Positions 60,927 to 64,000 of a DNA stretch of 64,000 nucleotides are shown in pieces. Position 1 is the first letter of the stretch, and each line of letters begins with the position of its first letter. The notes under the pieces were generated by a model that saw only the letters and a program-made list of their open reading frames with translations, was not told where the DNA came from and searched no databases. A program made the position numbers and the translations under genes. Source of the DNA: Planctomycetia bacterium (GTDB taxonomy: Bacteria; Planctomycetota; Planctomycetia; Planctomycetales; Planctomycetaceae); NCBI GenBank assembly GCA_026400935.1, contig JAPLNX010000165.1, forward strand, positions 2,097 through 66,096, read 5' to 3'.

Positions 60927-62576
60927 ATGATGCCGGAATTGATGGTATTGGCTTCTTCAATGAAGGGGACTCGCTTCGTGCTGAGTCCGAATCACGATGT
61001 GATCATCGGTCGCGAAGGCTTCTGCGACGTTGTGCTGACCAAGAAGACGGTCTCGCGAAAACACGCGAGAGTTTTCTTTGATGGCGAGCATTACCAGATC
61101 GAAGACTTGGGGAGTGCTCACGGAACGTTTCTCAATAGTCGGCGAGTAACTAAGGCGACTGTCTTGATGGATGGCGATCGCTTCAACGTCTACGACATTC
61201 CGATTGCATTCTGTCAGTCGCCAGAATTGTCGCTTGCTGAAACGACCTCGATAACTCTCGGACTCACAGACGAAGGATTCACTCTCACACCGTTGCCTCC
61301 GACAAATGGTCATTCGGGAGCGATTCGTTCGCAGACAATGTTTACCGGACGACTGCGACAACTGCTGGAAATCACTCGTCGATTGGGAAGCAGTTTACTC
61401 GTCGATGAAATCTTTCCGCGCGTCCTAGACACGTTGTTTGACATGTTCCCGCAAGCGGCGATTGGTGAAATTCAGTTGATTGAACCAGACGGGCGATTGA
61501 ACCCCGTAGCGATGAAGCATGGCCGAGATGACGACAGTTCGATCATCACACGCGTGCCTGTGGGCCATGACATCTCTCTGCGAGTCCTCTCGAATGGGAA
61601 ACCATTGCTTAAGAAGGTCGATCCGAAGCCGCATGAGTCAGTGCTTGATGATGGTGAGGCCGCAGTGATCTGCGTCCCGATGCTCGGCCCTTCGCATACG
61701 AAGCTCGGAACAATCTTGCTCGAAGCGGACGACGACAATCGGACTTTCACTGACGACGATCTCGAACTGGTTGCGGCGGTCGGCATCTTGACCGGGCAAG
61801 CAGTGGAATACGCTCACGCCCACAAAGAGTTGTTGCGAATGGATCAATCGCGACGTCAACTAGAGACCGCTCGTCAGATTCAATTGCGGATGCTGCCACG
61901 CGGCAAACCGGACGTTCCGGGCTATCGCTTTTGCAAATACTACGCGCCGGCAGATGCCGTCGGAGGGGACTATTATTTCTGGGATTCGTTGCCCGATGGT
62001 CGTGTCATCATGGGTGTGGCCGATGCCTGTGGTAAAGGACTGCCAGCGGCCATGATGATCGCGCAATTCGCGACGGAGGTAAGGCACTGCCTGACAACAG
62101 CAGAAACACTAAAGATCGCAATGTTTCGCTTGAATCGGTTTGTTGCCAGTTTGGACGAAGGCTTCATTACTTTTTGTCTGTGTCTATTGGATGTGGACCA
62201 CGGCAAGTTGACCTTGCTGAATGCTGGCCATCCGCCGCCGCTTTGCTGGCGAAAAGCAACGGGAATCGTCGAGCAACTTGGAATGGATCGCAGTACGTTT
62301 CCGCTCGGCATCGCAGAGGACCATGAGTTCCATACTGCCACCGCGTTACTTCAGCCGGGTGACGAAGTTCTCTTTTTTACGGATGGCCTCATCGAAGCGA
62401 TGTCGCCGGACAACAGCCTCTTTGGAGAATCGCGAGTGCTACGTCACATGGCCGCACCACATGATGACTTGCAATCACTCATCGACACGATCATTGCCGA
62501 TGTCGAACGTTTCCGTAGCGGACGCAACCGGTCGGACGACACTTGTCTGATTGGATTCACACGCATCTGCGAGTGA
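60927..62576 (+). CDS. FHA - GAF - PP2C/SpoIIE-type phosphatase
   Basis: FHA: IIGREGFCDVVLTKKTVSRKHARVFFDGEHYQIEDLGSAHGTFLN. A central GAF-like segment. SpoIIE: GGDYYFW...GVADACGKGLPAAMM...FFTDGLIEA. Start chosen among in-frame ATGs at 60927, 60930, 60942 and 60960; the track ORF begins at 60675. Confidence 0.8.
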   Translation: MMPELMVLASSMKGTRFVLSPNHDVIIGREGFCDVVLTKKTVSRKHARVFFDGEHYQIEDLGSAHGTFLNSRRVTKATVLMDGDRFNVYDIPIAFCQSPELSLAETTSITLGLTDEGFTLTPLPPTNGHSGAIRSQTMFTGRLRQLLEITRRLGSSLLVDEIFPRVLDTLFDMFPQAAIGEIQLIEPDGRLNPVAMKHGRDDDSSIITRVPVGHDISLRVLSNGKPLLKKVDPKPHESVLDDGEAAVICVPMLGPSHTKLGTILLEADDDNRTFTDDDLELVAAVGILTGQAVEYAHAHKELLRMDQSRRQLETARQIQLRMLPRGKPDVPGYRFCKYYAPADAVGGDYYFWDSLPDGRVIMGVADACGKGLPAAMMIAQFATEVRHCLTTAETLKIAMFRLNRFVASLDEGFITFCLCLLDVDHGKLTLLNAGHPPPLCWRKATGIVEQLGMDRSTFPLGIAEDHEFHTATALLQPGDEVLFFTDGLIEAMSPDNSLFGESRVLRHMAAPHDDLQSLIDTIIADVERFRSGRNRSDDTCLIGFTRICE

Positions 62577-62592
62577 ATCACAGTGATTTCCG

Positions 62593-64000
62593 TTACTCGC
62601 CTGCGTACAACGGAGTCAACCGGCTCAACGACTTCTGGAATCGCGGTAGCAGTCTTTTGTAGAGCTTCGTGTTGTCAGGATTTGGTTCCACGCGATCAGT
62701 CAGTTCAACATGCTGCTGCAAGAGGTCGCTCAATGTAATCGGCTCGCCAGCCACTCGCAGAACCATCAACCACGCCAAGTATGCAGCTCCGCGAGTTGCC
62801 GCTTCGTCCGCGTTCTGCGGCTTCGCAACCGGAACCCCGAACACGTCGGCAATGATCTGCGGCCAGAGCGCGTTACGTGATCCGCCGCCGCTCACCACTA
62901 TTTGATCGAGATGACTCAGGCCCATCTCTTTGAAGCCGACTCGCAGCGTCAGACTGGTCGCTTCCAAACTCGCGCGGGCGAGCACTCCCGCTTTCAGCGA
63001 TGCGGCGTCGGACGTCACGGTCCCCGACGCATCACGCTTACGATCGCGCAATCCGAGGAACGACGCGAACGCGGTCGGCTGCTTGAAGACCCCTTCGCCT
63101 TTGTAAAACGGAAGTGCCAGAACGCCGTCGCAACCCGCCGGGACATTCGCCGCTTCAGACGTGAGCCAATCGCGGATGTCATCCTTCGACGTCTTCTTGC
63201 CCAGCCATTGAGCACAACCATGAAAGCAATCGACGAGTTCGTCGTAAACCACGCAACCGCTCGTCATACAGGTCATCAACAGATGCTGGTTGTCGGCTGT
63301 GCGAAACGAATCGACTAGCCCACGTTTTTTGAGAACTGGGCTGCTACCGACCGCATTAAAAACGACTGAATTTCCCAACGAGATCGATGCGCGTCCGTCA
63401 GTGCATCCCGATGCAACCATCCCAATCGGCTGGTCTCCTTCCGGGAACGCGACGGGAACCCCTTCTGGTAATCCGAGCAACTCCGCCCCGTGTGCATTCA
63501 AGCGGCCGAGCACTTCGCCAACCACACCCACTTTCGGTACTCGCTTACGCAGTTCGGGATCAATCTTGTCGAGCTTGCCGTTGCCGAACTGCCCCTTGCG
63601 ATCGAGTTGACCGAACATGCCGCTCCCTTCGCCGGGCCCGACACCAAATTCACCAGTCAACGTCAGTGCGATGTAAGTAGACGGTACGCAGACGCGCTTG
63701 ACCGCCTTACTCCAAACCTCCGGATGATGTGCAGCGAACCAGCGAACTCGCGAAGCTGTCATGCGTGCGGCAATCGGCTCGCCCAATTCTTTGGACAGCT
63801 TGCGGCCTTCTTTTTCGCCTCGCGGATCGTCCCACATGATCGCGCCAGTCAGGAGTTCATCGCGGTCAATTCTCAACAACGGTTGATCTTGAGGGTTCAG
63901 AACGACGAGCGCGTGCATGTGTCCGCCGATGCCAATGCCAACAACGGAGTTCGATTCAAACGAGACTGCTGCTCGCAATGCGGCCATCGCCACAGGAATC
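62593..64000 (-). CDS. FGGY-family carbohydrate kinase (xylulokinase-like), N-terminus outside window
   Basis: GIGIGGHMHALVVL corresponds to the GxxGQMHG region. C-terminal VSGGGSRNALWPQIIADVFGVPV. The frame is open to the window edge. Confidence 0.8.
   Translation of the reverse strand, partial: IPVAMAALRAAVSFESNSVVGIGIGGHMHALVVLNPQDQPLLRIDRDELLTGAIMWDDPRGEKEGRKLSKELGEPIAARMTASRVRWFAAHHPEVWSKAVKRVCVPSTYIALTLTGEFGVGPGEGSGMFGQLDRKGQFGNGKLDKIDPELRKRVPKVGVVGEVLGRLNAHGAELLGLPEGVPVAFPEGDQPIGMVASGCTDGRASISLGNSVVFNAVGSSPVLKKRGLVDSFRTADNQHLLMTCMTSGCVVYDELVDCFHGCAQWLGKKTSKDDIRDWLTSEAANVPAGCDGVLALPFYKGEGVFKQPTAFASFLGLRDRKRDASGTVTSDAASLKAGVLARASLEATSLTLRVGFKEMGLSHLDQIVVSGGGSRNALWPQIIADVFGVPVAKPQNADEAATRGAAYLAWLMVLRVAGEPITLSDLLQQHVELTDRVEPNPDNTKLYKRLLPRFQKSLSRLTPLYAGE

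Overview
High-GC bacterial chromosome segment whose gene content points to Planctomycetota, Pirellulales-like. This is an inference from a DUF1559 H-X9-DG pseudopilin-like protein, a DUF1549/DUF1553 protein, a Tat-signal DUF1501 protein and many exported proteins. About 45 protein genes are supportable. I recognised no rRNA, tRNA, CRISPR array, prophage or integrase. Recognisable genes include mutS, kdsA, galM, a MoxR ATPase, Fe-ADH, RluA- and RlmI-type RNA-modification enzymes, an M3 oligoendopeptidase, an S9 peptidase, TonB and an FGGY kinase. Four things stand out. (1) At 1-8119 there is a tightly packed redox cluster: a cNMP-binding/four-cluster ferredoxin fusion, a membrane protein with two His-x13-His helices, a decaheme cytochrome c and two paralogous pentaheme cytochromes. 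It looks like an uncharacterised, possibly nucleotide-gated, transmembrane electron conduit. (2) At 22.5-33.7 kb there is an island of exported thiol-redox proteins: a DUF255-thioredoxin/DsbD-N fusion and three paralogous double AhpD/CMD-domain proteins. (3) At 43.8-46.05 kb there is a REP/RAYT locus. The Y1 (HUH) transposase-like gene is broken by a perfect 16-bp tandem duplication, and REP doublets flank both it and a neighbouring TPR gene. (4) At least five further palindromic repeat families are present. Three of them sit in frame inside coding regions: the membrane redox protein, one pentaheme cytochrome, and mutS just upstream of its Walker A loop. All functional calls rest on motifs read by eye from the translations. 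No database search was possible.
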